64,000 nt of DNA from a candidate division WOR-3 bacterium (GTDB lineage Bacteria; Hydrothermota; Hydrothermia; B15-G9; WFZT01). Each line of letters begins with the position of its first letter. Within the stretch, counting starts at the first letter, position 1. Location: positions 1 to 64,000 of the forward strand of contig JALUEE010000033.1 in NCBI GenBank assembly GCA_027053075.1, written 5' to 3'. Both the position numbers and the translations under genes were made by a program. The notes beneath the pieces were generated by a model. The model did not search any database, was not told the DNA's origin, and was given only the letters and a program-made list of their open reading frames with translations. Of the stretch, positions 33,905-44,900 are shown piece by piece.

Positions 33905-35526
33905 AAACTACGACTGTATGACGCTTCAAAGGTAAAGTAATCCTTTGCTCCAAATCTAATCATCCTCGTTAACTCGAGAGACAGCGCCTCTGACCTGATG
34001 GCAATCCCAATTCCAAGGTCCTTCAATTCAAGCTCCTTCGGCGAATTGACAGGCTTTCTATACCTCACAAGAATGGAATTTTTTGAAAATACCCGTGCAC
34101 CTCTAAACTCGGTAAGATAGGTATGTGAGAGGAAAAGCGCCTCGAACACGGAAAGCCTTTTTACGTAAAAATACTCACCGGATTCCACATCCCGGATAAA
34201 ACTCCCCTGATCCTGAAATTTGAATTTTAGCTGCCAGAGATTGCTTTCACTCTTTTTAAGGCCCAGATTATTGAGAAAATACCGAGTGTAGATGCCTTTA
34301 AAGGCATCGTAGGGAAAAATAGAAAACTGTGAGAACAGCTCAAAAATAGTGAAAAATTGCAGATTTCCACGCGTAAAATATGACTGGTCCTGCAAGAGAA
34401 GTTTGTACGTGTACTTGGAATTTGCCGAATAGTAGGACTTGATGTAGGAGAGGTCATAACGTGAAGCGGTAAACTTCAGTACATTCGTGTAAACATTCCT
34501 GAAGTTATAGCCAATGTAAAGCTCCTGGTGTAGTTTCCTTGAATCCCGCATGGGTGAGATTTTGAGGAGTGGGTAGTTGTATCTCTCGATGAATGCATCA
34601 AAAGACCATCCTCCAAATAGGTTCCCGACTCTTTGAACATTAAGGGACAATCTATTGAATCCGGCATCCTCGTCATTTTTTATCACCTTGTAATCAAGGA
34701 GGTCTTTTCCGGTCTCAAAATTCAGGAGAAAGTTAAGGCTTCTCACCTGGCTGAAAAATCTGAAATTCACAGAGTAGTTTTTCCTGTGGTTAGTTTTGAA
34801 GTTATCCTTTCCGTAATCAAGAAAATCGAAGTCACCGCTATAATCCATTTCTACCCGGCTGTTATAGAAAAACGACCTCTTGACAAGAATATCAATTGAC
34901 TGCGTGGTGTTTTTTAGTACCTGTTCCTGCTGGATTACATATCTCTGATTCCTTCTTTCCAGATTGTATTTCAAAAACACATCAAACTGCCTGTAGCTGA
35001 AATTTTTGTTAAAAACCGCATTGCCACGGAGTTCTTTGTAGAGATTTTTACTCTCATTACCAAAGGTAAGGCGTAGATTGGCGGGCACTACATCAGCCAC
35101 AAGAGAGGCGGACCAGCCTGAGTTATCGAGAGGGTTTCTGGAAGTTCCAAAATATTCGAGAAAGTCCAGTCCAGCGGAGGGATTTAACTTCAGAAAATCT
35201 CCAAGTGGTGTCGAATAAAATCCTCTGAGCATCAAGTTCCTCTTACCTAAATAGCTTTTACCTCTCCTCTCCAGCTTTAGGTCAAATCCAGTCGTAAACT
35301 GAAACACCCTTCCTTCATTCCCCTGACGTTTGTATCCCACCTGATAAGTCATGGAATTTTTCGAACGGGCAAGAAGTCGGTCATAGCTATTCTCAATATT
35401 AGCGTTGAAATACATGCCAGTTTTAAGTTCCCAGCTAACCCTTGTTGAATAATTTTTGTAATTTCTGACGGAAAGAATGTCTGTGTATATGTTGAATCCG
35501 AGGATGGCAATAAGAATGAAATTCAT
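33901..35526 (-). CDS. Hypothetical protein, probable outer-membrane beta-barrel
   Basis: Short hydrophobic N-terminus, Tyr/Phe/Asn-rich alternating strands throughout; no family recognised. Confidence 0.5.
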
Positions 35527-35861
35527 TGCCCGGGTTGGATAAGCTTTTCCTTTAAAAGTTTGGGGCTGAAGGGTTTTGTAACAACAAAATCCGCACCGTT
35601 CTCTATCAAAGTATCCCTGTCAAACTCCTGTCCGGAGGTGGTCACAACAAAAATCTTTGCTTTATTTTTAGAGACCCGGATGGTCTTGATAAGCTCGATA
35701 GTCTTTTTTATATCCATGTTTCCACCAATTACCACAACGGGCTCGCTCTCCTTGTGGATACCATCAAGGAATTCCACTGCATTGTCAAAGCATTTCACCT
35801 CTTTCACAAGCTCGAAGATTATTCTCTTTGTAGTGGGGTCATCGAGAAACACATAAATCAT
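35523..35861 (-). CDS. Atypical (pseudo-)receiver domain protein
   Basis: DD acidic pair, VTT and GADFVVTKPF motifs; phospho-acceptor position reads VVVIG rather than Asp. Confidence 0.7.
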   Translation of the reverse strand: MIYVFLDDPTTKRIIFELVKEVKCFDNAVEFLDGIHKESEPVVVIGGNMDIKKTIELIKTIRVSKNKAKIFVVTTSGQEFDRDTLIENGADFVVTKPFSPKLLKEKLIQPGQ

Positions 35862-37288
35862 TTTTTCCTCACAAGTAAAAATGTCATGTCGTCCTGGTGT
35901 CGGTTTTTAGTATAATCCAGAATGGAAGTCTTGAGGGTTTCGGCAATCTCGCTTATATCTTTGTGGATATTGGCAGAGATTATATGTGCAACCCTTTTAA
36001 GTCCAAAAGGGTGTCCCCTGGGATTTCTTGCATCAACCAGCCCATCTGTATACATAAAGACCAGGTCTCCACTCGAAAGATTGGACCTTTGAACATGAAA
36101 CTCTGCATCCGGGAAAATACCGAGCGGCATGCCTGAATTCTTAAACGATTTCATTTTGCCACTTTCTTTGAAAATGAGAGGAGGTGGATGCCCTGCTATA
36201 CTTACCTTGATCCTCTCTCCCTCTATATCGATGATTGAGGCAGTTACAAATATTTCCACGCCGCTTAAATCTTTGCTTAGAAAATGGTTTAAAAGTGGCA
36301 TAACCTGGTCTATTTTCCTGTCCCGGAGAGCCCTGAAAAAGCTCCTGAAAGAAGACATATAGAGTGCTGAGCCAAGTCCATGTCCTGAGACGTCACCGAT
36401 TACAGCCCTGATTTTGTCATCTGCTACGATATAATCAAAATAGTCACCACCGACATAGCCCGCAGGTATGCAGACCCCCACAATGGAAACATGGTCGTTT
36501 TCAAATTTTTCAGGTGGCAGAAGGCTTTTCTGGATATTGGCAGCAATTTCGAGTTCGTGCTTCAATATCTCGTTTTTTCTCATCTCTTTTATGAGACGTG
36601 TATTGAGAATGAACGCTCCCGCGGCTCTTGCAAGAGCTGTTACAAGCTTCAGGTCTCCCGCAGTAAACACGCCGTTCTCCTTGTCCGCGAGGTTAATAAC
36701 ACCAAGAGGAGTTTCTTCACCCCTGATGTTCCTTGCAAGTATTGGGACGATCAGGAAGGATTTTGATGAGTATTCCCCGCGTTTAGGGAGCTTTATATTT
36801 TTCGGAAGCTTTTCTATATCCTCAACGAGTAGAGGTCTTCTCTTTTCAAGCACCCAACCTGCATAAGGGTCACCTACACGGACTTCAACCTTTTTTAAAA
36901 CCCTATCAGGAATGCCTTTCGCGTGAACAATACGCATTTTCTCACCTGATTCATCGAGAAGCATAACAGACGCCCTGCGCGCTTTAACGATACCAACGGC
37001 TTCTTCCAGGACCACCCGCGAAACCTCGTTTTCATCAAGCAAGGAGCCAAGGTTCTCATTAATCGTGTGGAAAATGTGAAGCTCTTCGTAGGCATCGATG
37101 ATATCACGAACAATGTAGCGAATTTCCTCCTCTTCGTGCTTAATAACGTCCATAAAGCCGTTCATTACAGGGAAAAATTCTGGCGGGATTTTCCCTATTT
37201 CGACTCCATCGAATCTGTAGGGCTTACCATCACCAAGTAGCGCGGCTATCCCCTTCAGCTTTTTAAGAATTGACTCTGGAAGATACAT
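35858..37288 (-). CDS. GAF-domain PP2C/SpoIIE serine phosphatase (RsbU-like)
   Basis: GAF domain then GGDYFD, GDVSGHG, AGHPP, YTDGL, DDMT. Confidence 0.9.
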   Translation of the reverse strand: MYLPESILKKLKGIAALLGDGKPYRFDGVEIGKIPPEFFPVMNGFMDVIKHEEEEIRYIVRDIIDAYEELHIFHTINENLGSLLDENEVSRVVLEEAVGIVKARRASVMLLDESGEKMRIVHAKGIPDRVLKKVEVRVGDPYAGWVLEKRRPLLVEDIEKLPKNIKLPKRGEYSSKSFLIVPILARNIRGEETPLGVINLADKENGVFTAGDLKLVTALARAAGAFILNTRLIKEMRKNEILKHELEIAANIQKSLLPPEKFENDHVSIVGVCIPAGYVGGDYFDYIVADDKIRAVIGDVSGHGLGSALYMSSFRSFFRALRDRKIDQVMPLLNHFLSKDLSGVEIFVTASIIDIEGERIKVSIAGHPPPLIFKESGKMKSFKNSGMPLGIFPDAEFHVQRSNLSSGDLVFMYTDGLVDARNPRGHPFGLKRVAHIISANIHKDISEIAETLKTSILDYTKNRHQDDMTFLLVRKK

Positions 37289-37673
37289 GTTTCCTCAAAA
37301 CGAAGACATTCCCATCCGGCCCCTTCTCATGATGAAAGTTGTCCACGAGGGATTTAGCAATTTTAAGACCGAAGCCACTTTCAGAAAGGGGATCGGTGTC
37401 TTCTGATTCCACCAGCTCGATTTCGCAGTTCGGGCAAAAGTCCATAACCCTGATCTCAATGGAATCTTCAATCTGCTCTACTTCCACTCCTACTTTGAAA
37501 GCTGGATTTTCGTGGTGGGTATGGACTATAACGTTGGTCACTATCTCATTTACGGCAGTTATAAGTCCATAGGAGGTTCGCTCATCAACACCAAGAAGAG
37601 ATAGGTGGGTTTTGAGCCAATCTCTAATAGACTTCAGGTTTTCGAGCCTGGATTGGACAATGTAGATCGCCAT
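37263..37673 (-). CDS. Anti-sigma-factor-type serine kinase (RsbW/SpoIIAB-like)
   Basis: N box AVNEIVTNVIVH, G2 box GFGL; G1 box atypical (DFCPNC). Confidence 0.8.
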   Translation of the reverse strand: MAIYIVQSRLENLKSIRDWLKTHLSLLGVDERTSYGLITAVNEIVTNVIVHTHHENPAFKVGVEVEQIEDSIEIRVMDFCPNCEIELVESEDTDPLSESGFGLKIAKSLVDNFHHEKGPDGNVFVLRKHVSSRVNS

Positions 37674-38020
37674 CAGACACTATTCAGAGCATCTTCAACG
37701 GTATCGTAAAATTCGAACACTTTATCCAGACCTGTGATTGAGAAAATGTCTCTCATCGGTCGTCTCAATCCAACGAGTTTAACATAGCCACCCATGACTT
37801 TGGCACGTTTGAGAAGTGAAATCAACGATACGAGTCCCGAGCTATCGATAAACGGGGTTTCCGAGAGGTCCACGATGTATCTGCTGTGGCCTTTTTCTGC
37901 AAAATCTATCACGAGGGGTTTGAAATCCCTCGAGGAGAACGCATCAAGGTCGCCTATGAGTTTGAAGACGACCACTTCGTTCCCGGCCTTATCCTTTTTT
38001 GTCTCTGTCTGTATTGTCAA
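37673..38020 (-). CDS. STAS anti-anti-sigma factor (RsbV/SpoIIAA-like)
   Basis: GDLDA, VDLSETPFIDSSGL with the phospho-Ser, ITGLDKVF; TTG start with GAGGTGAGG RBS. Confidence 0.9.
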   Translation of the reverse strand: MTIQTETKKDKAGNEVVVFKLIGDLDAFSSRDFKPLVIDFAEKGHSRYIVDLSETPFIDSSGLVSLISLLKRAKVMGGYVKLVGLRRPMRDIFSITGLDKVFEFYDTVEDALNSV

Positions 38021-38042
38021 TTTGCCTCACCTCTCTTTTTTT

Positions 38043-38067
38043 GGGGGGCGAAGGCCCTTCGCCCCAC
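38043..38067. repeat. GC-rich hairpin between the acyl-CoA dehydrogenase and STAS genes
   Basis: GGGGCGAAG-GCC-CTTCGCCCC flanked by T-runs on the + strand (A-runs on the mRNA strand). Confidence 0.55.
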
Positions 38068-38073
38068 AATTTT

Positions 38074-39219
38074 TTAATACTCTCTCATCAATGCCCTTGC
38101 TATCACAAGCCTCTGAATCTGGTTGGTACCCTCGTAAATCTGCGTTATCTTCGCATCCCTCATGTACTTTTCCACAGGGTAATCCTTCATATACCCGTAG
38201 CCACCAAAAACCTGTACCGCGTCTGTTGTCACCTTCATGGCTACATCTGAGGCAAAGGCCTTGGCCATTGCCGCCTCTTTGGAGAAACTCTTAACACCGG
38301 AATCTGCAAATCTTGCCACTGAATAGACAAGTGAACGTGCGGCCTCAATCTGAATTGCCATGTCTGCAAGCATAAACTGGATACCCTGGAAGGAAATGAT
38401 GGGTTCACCGAACTGGACACGTGTTTTTGCGTATTTTACAGCCTCTTCCATGGCACCCTGTGCAATTCCAACTGCCTGGGCACCAATAATGGGTCTCGAG
38501 CGGTCAAGGGTCATCATGGCAATCCTGAATCCCTCACCCTCACGGCCCAGAAGATTCTCTTTTGGGACCTTCATGTCATCAAAATAGAGCTCGCGCTGGA
38601 CAGATGCCCTGATGCCCATCTTATCTTCAGCCTTACCAAAGATAAATCCAGGTGTACCTTTCTCAACGATGAAAGCTGAAAGTCCGCGAACACCTTTCGT
38701 CGGATTTGTAGATGCAATTACAATGTAAACGTCTGCCTCGCCGCCATTTGTAATAAATTTTTTGGAGCCATTGATGACGTAGTAATCTCCCTCAAGACGA
38801 GCGGTAGTTTTAACATTTCCTGCATCAGAGCCTGCCTCCGGCTCCGTGAGGGCAAACGCCCCGTAGAGCTTACCCTCTGCCATCCCGGGTAAATACTTTT
38901 TCTTCTGTTCCTCATTCCCCCTCAGAATGATTGGGATCGCTCCGAGTCCCACAACGGCGTAGGAAACAGCCACTCCTGCATCCACTCGGGCAACCTCTTC
39001 AACGGCAAGGCACATATTCAAAATAGAGAGTCCTATGCCGCCATATTCCTCAGGAACAAAGAGGCGGAAGAGGTCAAGCTTTGCCATTTCGGTGAGGATT
39101 TCTCTCGGGAAAAGGCTCTTTTCGTCGAGTTCCTTTCTTACAGGTTTTATCTTATCCTCTGCAAATTTCCGTATTGTTTCCTTCAATTTTTTCTGCTCTT
39201 CTGTCAGAAAATAATCCAT
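38074..39219 (-). CDS. Acyl-CoA dehydrogenase (short/branched-chain, butyryl-CoA-type)
   Basis: FALTEPEAGSD, GSKKFITNG, KMGIRAS, GGYGY, QIYEGTNQIQR; start 39219 with GGAGG. Confidence 0.93.
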   Translation of the reverse strand: MDYFLTEEQKKLKETIRKFAEDKIKPVRKELDEKSLFPREILTEMAKLDLFRLFVPEEYGGIGLSILNMCLAVEEVARVDAGVAVSYAVVGLGAIPIILRGNEEQKKKYLPGMAEGKLYGAFALTEPEAGSDAGNVKTTARLEGDYYVINGSKKFITNGGEADVYIVIASTNPTKGVRGLSAFIVEKGTPGFIFGKAEDKMGIRASVQRELYFDDMKVPKENLLGREGEGFRIAMMTLDRSRPIIGAQAVGIAQGAMEEAVKYAKTRVQFGEPIISFQGIQFMLADMAIQIEAARSLVYSVARFADSGVKSFSKEAAMAKAFASDVAMKVTTDAVQVFGGYGYMKDYPVEKYMRDAKITQIYEGTNQIQRLVIARALMREY

Positions 39220-39229
39220 TCTAACCTCC

Positions 39230-40534
39230 TCATGGGTAAATCTTTTCAAGGAGTCTCGGGAATGGTATGGTCTCGCGGACGTGTCTCACTCCGCTCAACC
39301 AGGCAATTGTTCTCTCCACCCCGAGACCAAAACCTGAATGAGGCACACTCCCATATTTTCTCAGGTCGAGATACCATTCATAGGCATCTTTTGGAAGGTT
39401 GTGCTCTTCAATTCTTTTTAAAAGGGTCTCGTAATCGTCCTCACGCTGGCCGCCCCCGATAATTTCGCCGTAACCCTCAGGGGCGAGCATGTCAACACAG
39501 AGGGCAAGCTCTGGATTTTCAGGGTCACGTTTCATGTAGAATGCCTTAACCTTTGCAGGGTAGCGGTGAACCATAACTGGCTTATCAAAACTTTTTGATA
39601 TCACTGTCTCCTCGTCACCACCGAAATCGTCGCCCCATTCGAATTCCATTCCATTTTCGTGAAGGATTTTTACCGCCTCATCGTAGGTTATTCGCGGGAA
39701 AGGTGGTTTGATATTTTCGAGCTTTGATGTGTCGCGCTCGAGGATTTTGAGCTCTTCCTGCCTTTCCTCGAGCACCCTTTCGACAATGTATGAGACAAAG
39801 TTCTCTGCAAGCTCCATCACATCGTCCAATTCGTAGTAGGCAACCTCAGGCTCGACCATCCAGAATTCCATGAGGTGACGGCGGGTTTTGGATTTCTCAG
39901 CCCTGAAGGTAGGTCCAAAGCAATAAACCTTGCCGTGCGCCATGCAGGCAGCTTCCATGTAAAGCTGGCCCGACTGGGTAAGATAGGCCTTTTCACCAAA
40001 ATAGTCTGTTTCAAAGAGGGTTGTCGTTCCCTCAACTGCCGCCGGTGTGAGGATGGGCGCGTCAATGCGGATGAAACCATTTTTATCGTAAAAATCGTGG
40101 ATAGCCTTTTCCACAGTGTGTCTTATGCGCATCAGTGCCCACTGCTTACGAGAGCGAAGCCAGAGATGTCTTTTAGGTAAAAGGACTCCAACATCAGGGA
40201 TATTGTCCTCGCGAACCTTGGGTATGGGGTAATCTTCTGTTATCTGGTAGACTTTTATGTCCTTGACCGTCAGCTCTACGCCACCGGGAGCGCGCTTTTC
40301 CTCTCTCACTGTTCCAATTACTGCGAGGGAAGACTCGTAATAAAGCTCGTCGTACAGATTGAAGACCTCTTCCGGGAGCTCACTCTTGATCATCACCGCC
40401 TGGAGATACCCGCTTCCATCTCGTATGATGAGAAATCTGATCTTACCAGATGACCTTTTGTTGTAAAGCCATCCTCTGATTTCAACTTCTTCGCCAATAT
40501 GGTTTTTCAATTCTGATATGTATGCCACTTTCAT
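39230..40534 (-). CDS. asnS: Asparagine--tRNA ligase
   Basis: OB-fold, [50 protein letters not shown]. Confidence 0.93.
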   Translation of the reverse strand: MKVAYISELKNHIGEEVEIRGWLYNKRSSGKIRFLIIRDGSGYLQAVMIKSELPEEVFNLYDELYYESSLAVIGTVREEKRAPGGVELTVKDIKVYQITEDYPIPKVREDNIPDVGVLLPKRHLWLRSRKQWALMRIRHTVEKAIHDFYDKNGFIRIDAPILTPAAVEGTTTLFETDYFGEKAYLTQSGQLYMEAACMAHGKVYCFGPTFRAEKSKTRRHLMEFWMVEPEVAYYELDDVMELAENFVSYIVERVLEERQEELKILERDTSKLENIKPPFPRITYDEAVKILHENGMEFEWGDDFGGDEETVISKSFDKPVMVHRYPAKVKAFYMKRDPENPELALCVDMLAPEGYGEIIGGGQREDDYETLLKRIEEHNLPKDAYEWYLDLRKYGSVPHSGFGLGVERTIAWLSGVRHVRETIPFPRLLEKIYP

Positions 40535-40541
40535 GCTCGTT

Positions 40542-40570
40542 ATTTTAATTATTAAGTGCGGTTATTGCAA
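40542..40570 (-). promoter_or_regulatory. Sigma70 promoter for asnS, probable leaderless transcript
   Basis: TTGCAA-N17-TAAAAT-N7-ATG(40534), no Shine-Dalgarno. Confidence 0.65.
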
Positions 40571-40621
40571 ATAGATGAGCAATCAATGGACAGGTCCAAA
40601 ATTTTGTCTGATATTAAACAT

Positions 40622-40972
40622 ATGAAAAAGGCGATTCTCATTGGATTGGCGGTTCTCTTTACTGGATGTGCAGGCTTAAAAGAGGGAAAACCCTTTACAG
40701 CTTATCCCACGGTAAAGATACACAGGCTTAATCCGCATCTTAGAAAATGTGCAGAAAGGGTGAATCTGGAGGAGATTGGCAAACGCCTCGCGAGAAAGAC
40801 CGGGAGGAAGTTTAAAAGACCCTATTTTACATACGCAGTAAAGATTAAGGGCACTTATTACTTGAGGTATTTCTTTCCACTTGTGCATCAGAGAAAATTT
40901 GCCGGCGCTGAGGTCTGGATAAACTGTAAGAATCCCCGGAAAATCTACTACAAATTTTTACCACTCGAGTGA
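40622..40972 (+). CDS. Hypothetical basic lipoprotein
   Basis: MKKAILIGLAVLFTG-C lipobox; overlaps the lpxK start. Confidence 0.7.
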   Translation: MKKAILIGLAVLFTGCAGLKEGKPFTAYPTVKIHRLNPHLRKCAERVNLEEIGKRLARKTGRKFKRPYFTYAVKIKGTYYLRYFFPLVHQRKFAGAEVWINCKNPRKIYYKFLPLE

Positions 40973-41967
40973 TGCATAGATACTGGAGACCGCCGATAAA
41001 CTACCTTCTCCTGCCTTTCTCGGGACTTTACTGGTCAGGACTTCAGGCCTGGTATCTTTACGATAAGTTAAGAGGAAAAGTCAAATTTGATGCCTTTACT
41101 GTTGTGGTTGGGAACCTTACTGTGGGTGGGACCGGGAAAAGTCCATTTGTCTATCTTCTGGCAAAAATTCTAAGAGAAGAATTCAGGGTCGTGGTGATAA
41201 CAAGAGGCTATGGGCGGAAATCAAGTGACCCTGTGGTGCTGAGTGATAAGCTCCTCCCTGTTGAACTAACAGGTGACGAACCTTTGATGAACTTCATTAA
41301 ACTTGAGAAAAAAGTCCCATTTGTTATTTGTAAAGACCGCATAGAGGCTTACAAAATCGCAAAGAGGGAATTTTCTCCCCATGTTGTGATTCTTGACGAT
41401 GCGTTTCAATACAGAAAAGTTGTCCCGGATTTTTCATTCCTGGTATTTGATAAGAGATTTTTCATTATGAGCAGATTTTTGCTCCCTGCAGGGCCCATGA
41501 GAGAGCCTTTAAAGGCAGGAGAGAGGGCTGATGCCATAGTCTTGAATTACAAGGCGGGGAGGACCGGAGATGAGAAAATTTATCCAGATAAACCACACAT
41601 CCGCCTTCGCTATAAACCTGTGGCCTTAAGGCGGGCTGAAAAAATTTATGACTTCGATGAAATAGAGCGGGAAGTGACAGCTTTTGCAGGGATTGGTGAC
41701 CCTGAAAGTTTTCTTAAAACACTTGAGGGCGTCGGCTTCAAGGTTAAAGAATTCGAGCATTTTCCAGATCACCACTGGTACAAGCCAGAAGAAATCGAGA
41801 AAATCCTGAGTCCGGGTTTGCCGGTTATCACCACGGAAAAGGATTATATAAAACTCCCGTACACACTAAAGGACAAGATTTATGCACTTGTAATAGAACC
41901 GGAAATCGTGGAGGGGTTAGAAATCATCGAGAGCCTCAAGGAAAGGATCAGAGATAGTATCGGATGA
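40969..41967 (+). CDS. lpxK: Tetraacyldisaccharide 4'-kinase
   Basis: VGNLTVGGTGKSP, TRGYG, GDEP, LDDAFQY, LLPAGPMREP, FPDHH, TTEKD. Confidence 0.93.
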   Translation: MMHRYWRPPINYLLLPFSGLYWSGLQAWYLYDKLRGKVKFDAFTVVVGNLTVGGTGKSPFVYLLAKILREEFRVVVITRGYGRKSSDPVVLSDKLLPVELTGDEPLMNFIKLEKKVPFVICKDRIEAYKIAKREFSPHVVILDDAFQYRKVVPDFSFLVFDKRFFIMSRFLLPAGPMREPLKAGERADAIVLNYKAGRTGDEKIYPDKPHIRLRYKPVALRRAEKIYDFDEIEREVTAFAGIGDPESFLKTLEGVGFKVKEFEHFPDHHWYKPEEIEKILSPGLPVITTEKDYIKLPYTLKDKIYALVIEPEIVEGLEIIESLKERIRDSIG

Positions 41968-44900
41968 ATAGCCAGATTCTATGATCCTGGAAATAGGGGG
42001 CGACATCGTTGTAATTGTAATTGACCCCCAGAAGCAGGCTTTTCGAGAGGAAATACTCGAAATCAATACCCAGCGAGAATCCAAATTTTGTTCCCGGTTT
42101 AAAATACTGCGTCAGTGGCCCTCTCATATACTGGGCGCCTGCACTCCCGTAAAGTTTGAAAAAGAGATTATCTCTTTCCCGCTGAAGGCTCATTACGATG
42201 GCATTATTTGAGAAGAAAGTCGGTGAGAAGTATCCACCGTGCCCAATTGTATAATCGCCGAGATAAGACTTGAAGCTCATGAGGTAGAAATCAAATCCCA
42301 CTCTCAGCACATCGAGGTACATGGGCATTTTAAAGCTATAACCGACACGGAAAAGGCCTTCGTATTTATTGTTGTTATAGACCCTGATGCCCCTCAGAAC
42401 ACTGGTTCCAAGAATCATGGAGAGGTCCTTTGGAGGATGACGGAAAACGAGACCCAGCTCCCCACCTGTTTCCATCACTTTTCCGTGAAGTTTTCCAATT
42501 TTTGGGGCATACTCTCCTACATAAGCGAGATATGATTCATCGTTGGGCAAAACAAATCCTCGAAGATAAAATCCCCAGAAATCTGAGAGCAGGAAAGTAA
42601 ACCTGAGGTCACCTTTGAAATTTGTGCCGCCGGCAAATCCCATGGGTGTAATGCCGGCCATCAGGTAAAATGAGCCTGGTGTGAAAGGACCTTCAAAGGT
42701 CACCTGAGCGCCAATACCATCGTCCTGACTCACACCGTTTCCAGGCTCTTCAGCATCCGCTTGAATAGTCACTCTGGTGTTATAGAGAGGGAAGCTCACC
42801 TGAACAGGGAATGCCGGAAGCTCCAGATAACTTGTCCCTTTAGTTCCAGACTTCTGCCTGTAGTACGGTCCAAGCTGGATATATGCCCGAAGCTCACGCT
42901 GAATTTTCTCCTTGAATTGCTTAATGTAATAAATGGCCTCCTGTCGTCTGAGAACAAAGAAATTTTCAGGTTGAATGGCAGGCCCAAGGGAAAGGAGCGG
43001 AGGAAGCTGATTTTTGGAAATGTTTTCAATGCCAATCTCTTTGGCAATATTTAACGTGTCAGCTATAATGGCTTCCAGAGTGTCTTCTGGCAAAAAAGGG
43101 GGAAGGAATTCTTCACCTCCTTTTTTGGTTTCTTTATTGGAATTTAGCTCGGCAACCTCGAGGACTTTAAGGGCATCGTACTTTCTATTGAGAGAGTAAA
43201 GAATTTTTGCGTACTCAAGAGCTATTCTCGGATCGAGGCTACCCACGTTGAGCCGTTTAAGTATCCTGAGTGCCGAGTAATCTCTGCCAAGCCCCCTGTA
43301 GACCCTTGCAAGGTCAATTGCCACATCTTCATCATCTGGATTAAGCTGAAGGGCGTGTTCATAGAGTTTTGCCGCCTCATCCAACTGCCCATTGGCGGCG
43401 TAGAGGCCGGCAAGGCCTTTTAATACATCAATATTGTTTGGGTCAAGCTGATAGGCCTTCCTGTAAAGGACAAATGCCGTGTAGTACTTGTGCTTTTTCT
43501 TGTACTCCTCCGCCTTTTTAACAATGCGGTAGACCTCTACCTTTTTAATCTGCTCCTCAATCTCCTTTGACTTGTACCTTTTGTAAAGAGATATGAGGTA
43601 GGTGAGGGCTTCATCCTCTTTCTTGAGTTTTATAAGACTCCCCACCAGTCCCTGGAGAGCATCTTTGTTCGACGGATCAAGAACCAATACCTGGCTATAG
43701 AGTTTTCTTGCTTCCTCGTATTTTCCAAGGTCAAAATAGACACCAGCAAGTCCCAGTATAACACCGATGTCGGCAGGATTTTCCTGGTAAAGTTTCTGAT
43801 AAATCTCAAGAGCCTTCTCAAGTTTACCCCTGGATTTAAAGTACTCTGCAAGTTTTAATTTATCCGTGTATTTGATTTTGGCAATTTTTTGCAAAACTTC
43901 CGGGGACTTTGTGCGTTTGTATAGCTCCTCGTACACTTTTATAGCCTTATCAAGGTCACCACTGGCGTAAAGTGCATCACCGTATGCGCGCAGTAAGGTG
44001 GTGTCGTTTGGAAACTTCTGAAGTAACAGGGAAAATACGGATGCAGCCTCATCGTATTTTTTCATAGCCATGTAAACACCGGCGAGTCCACGAAGCAGGT
44101 CGAGGTTATCCGGTGCTATCTGCCGGGCTGCCAGGTAATACTTCAGAGCTTTATCATAATGCCCCTGCTTCTTTTCCTTTTCGGCCTCTTTAATGTAATA
44201 CTGAATCTGGGCCTGCTGAATGATCTTGATCCCGTCGGGGTCATTTATCAAATTGTGGCTTTTTATCAAATCAATTGCTGCCTGGTATTTTCCGAGGCCG
44301 AGCAGGGCCCATCCTTTTCCGATAATCGCATCCTTGTCCTCGGGATTAAGCTCGAGAATTCGGTTGTAGTACTCGATTGCCTTGGTGTCCTGCCCGAGTT
44401 CGTGGTAACATGTGGCAATACCGAGAAGGATCCGCTTGCTCGTTGGATTTTGCGCGAGCAATTTTTTATAAATCAGCAGGGCTTTTGCGTAGTTACCCTG
44501 ATTTTTGAGTTTTTCGGCCATTTCAACGCGGTTTTCTGCCTCAATTTCTTTGATCGCCTTAAGAACTTCTGCAGTCTGCTTGATCTTGTATGCCTTCCTG
44601 TAATATTTCAGAGCACTTTCCTTATCCCCGAGGGCAAGGTAGGCACCACCGAGTCCCACAAGGGCATAATAGTTTCTCGGATCCTTCCTCAGCACCCTCT
44701 TGTAATAGATTATGGCCTGGTCATACTGTTTTTGATTAATGTAGATGCCACCGATTCCGAGGTTCGCCCAGACATTCCCGGGGTCATACCTTAGAACAGA
44801 TTTGTACCAAGAGAGGGCGACGTCGGGCTTTCCCGCATTTTTATAGGCATCCGCTATCTTAAGACGAAGATTAACATCGTTGGGAAATTTCTGGAGAAGC

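Noticed and set aside
38043..38067. Intrinsic terminator for the acyl-CoA dehydrogenase transcript
   Set aside because: On the mRNA strand the hairpin is followed by an A-run, not a U-tract; kept only as a hairpin.
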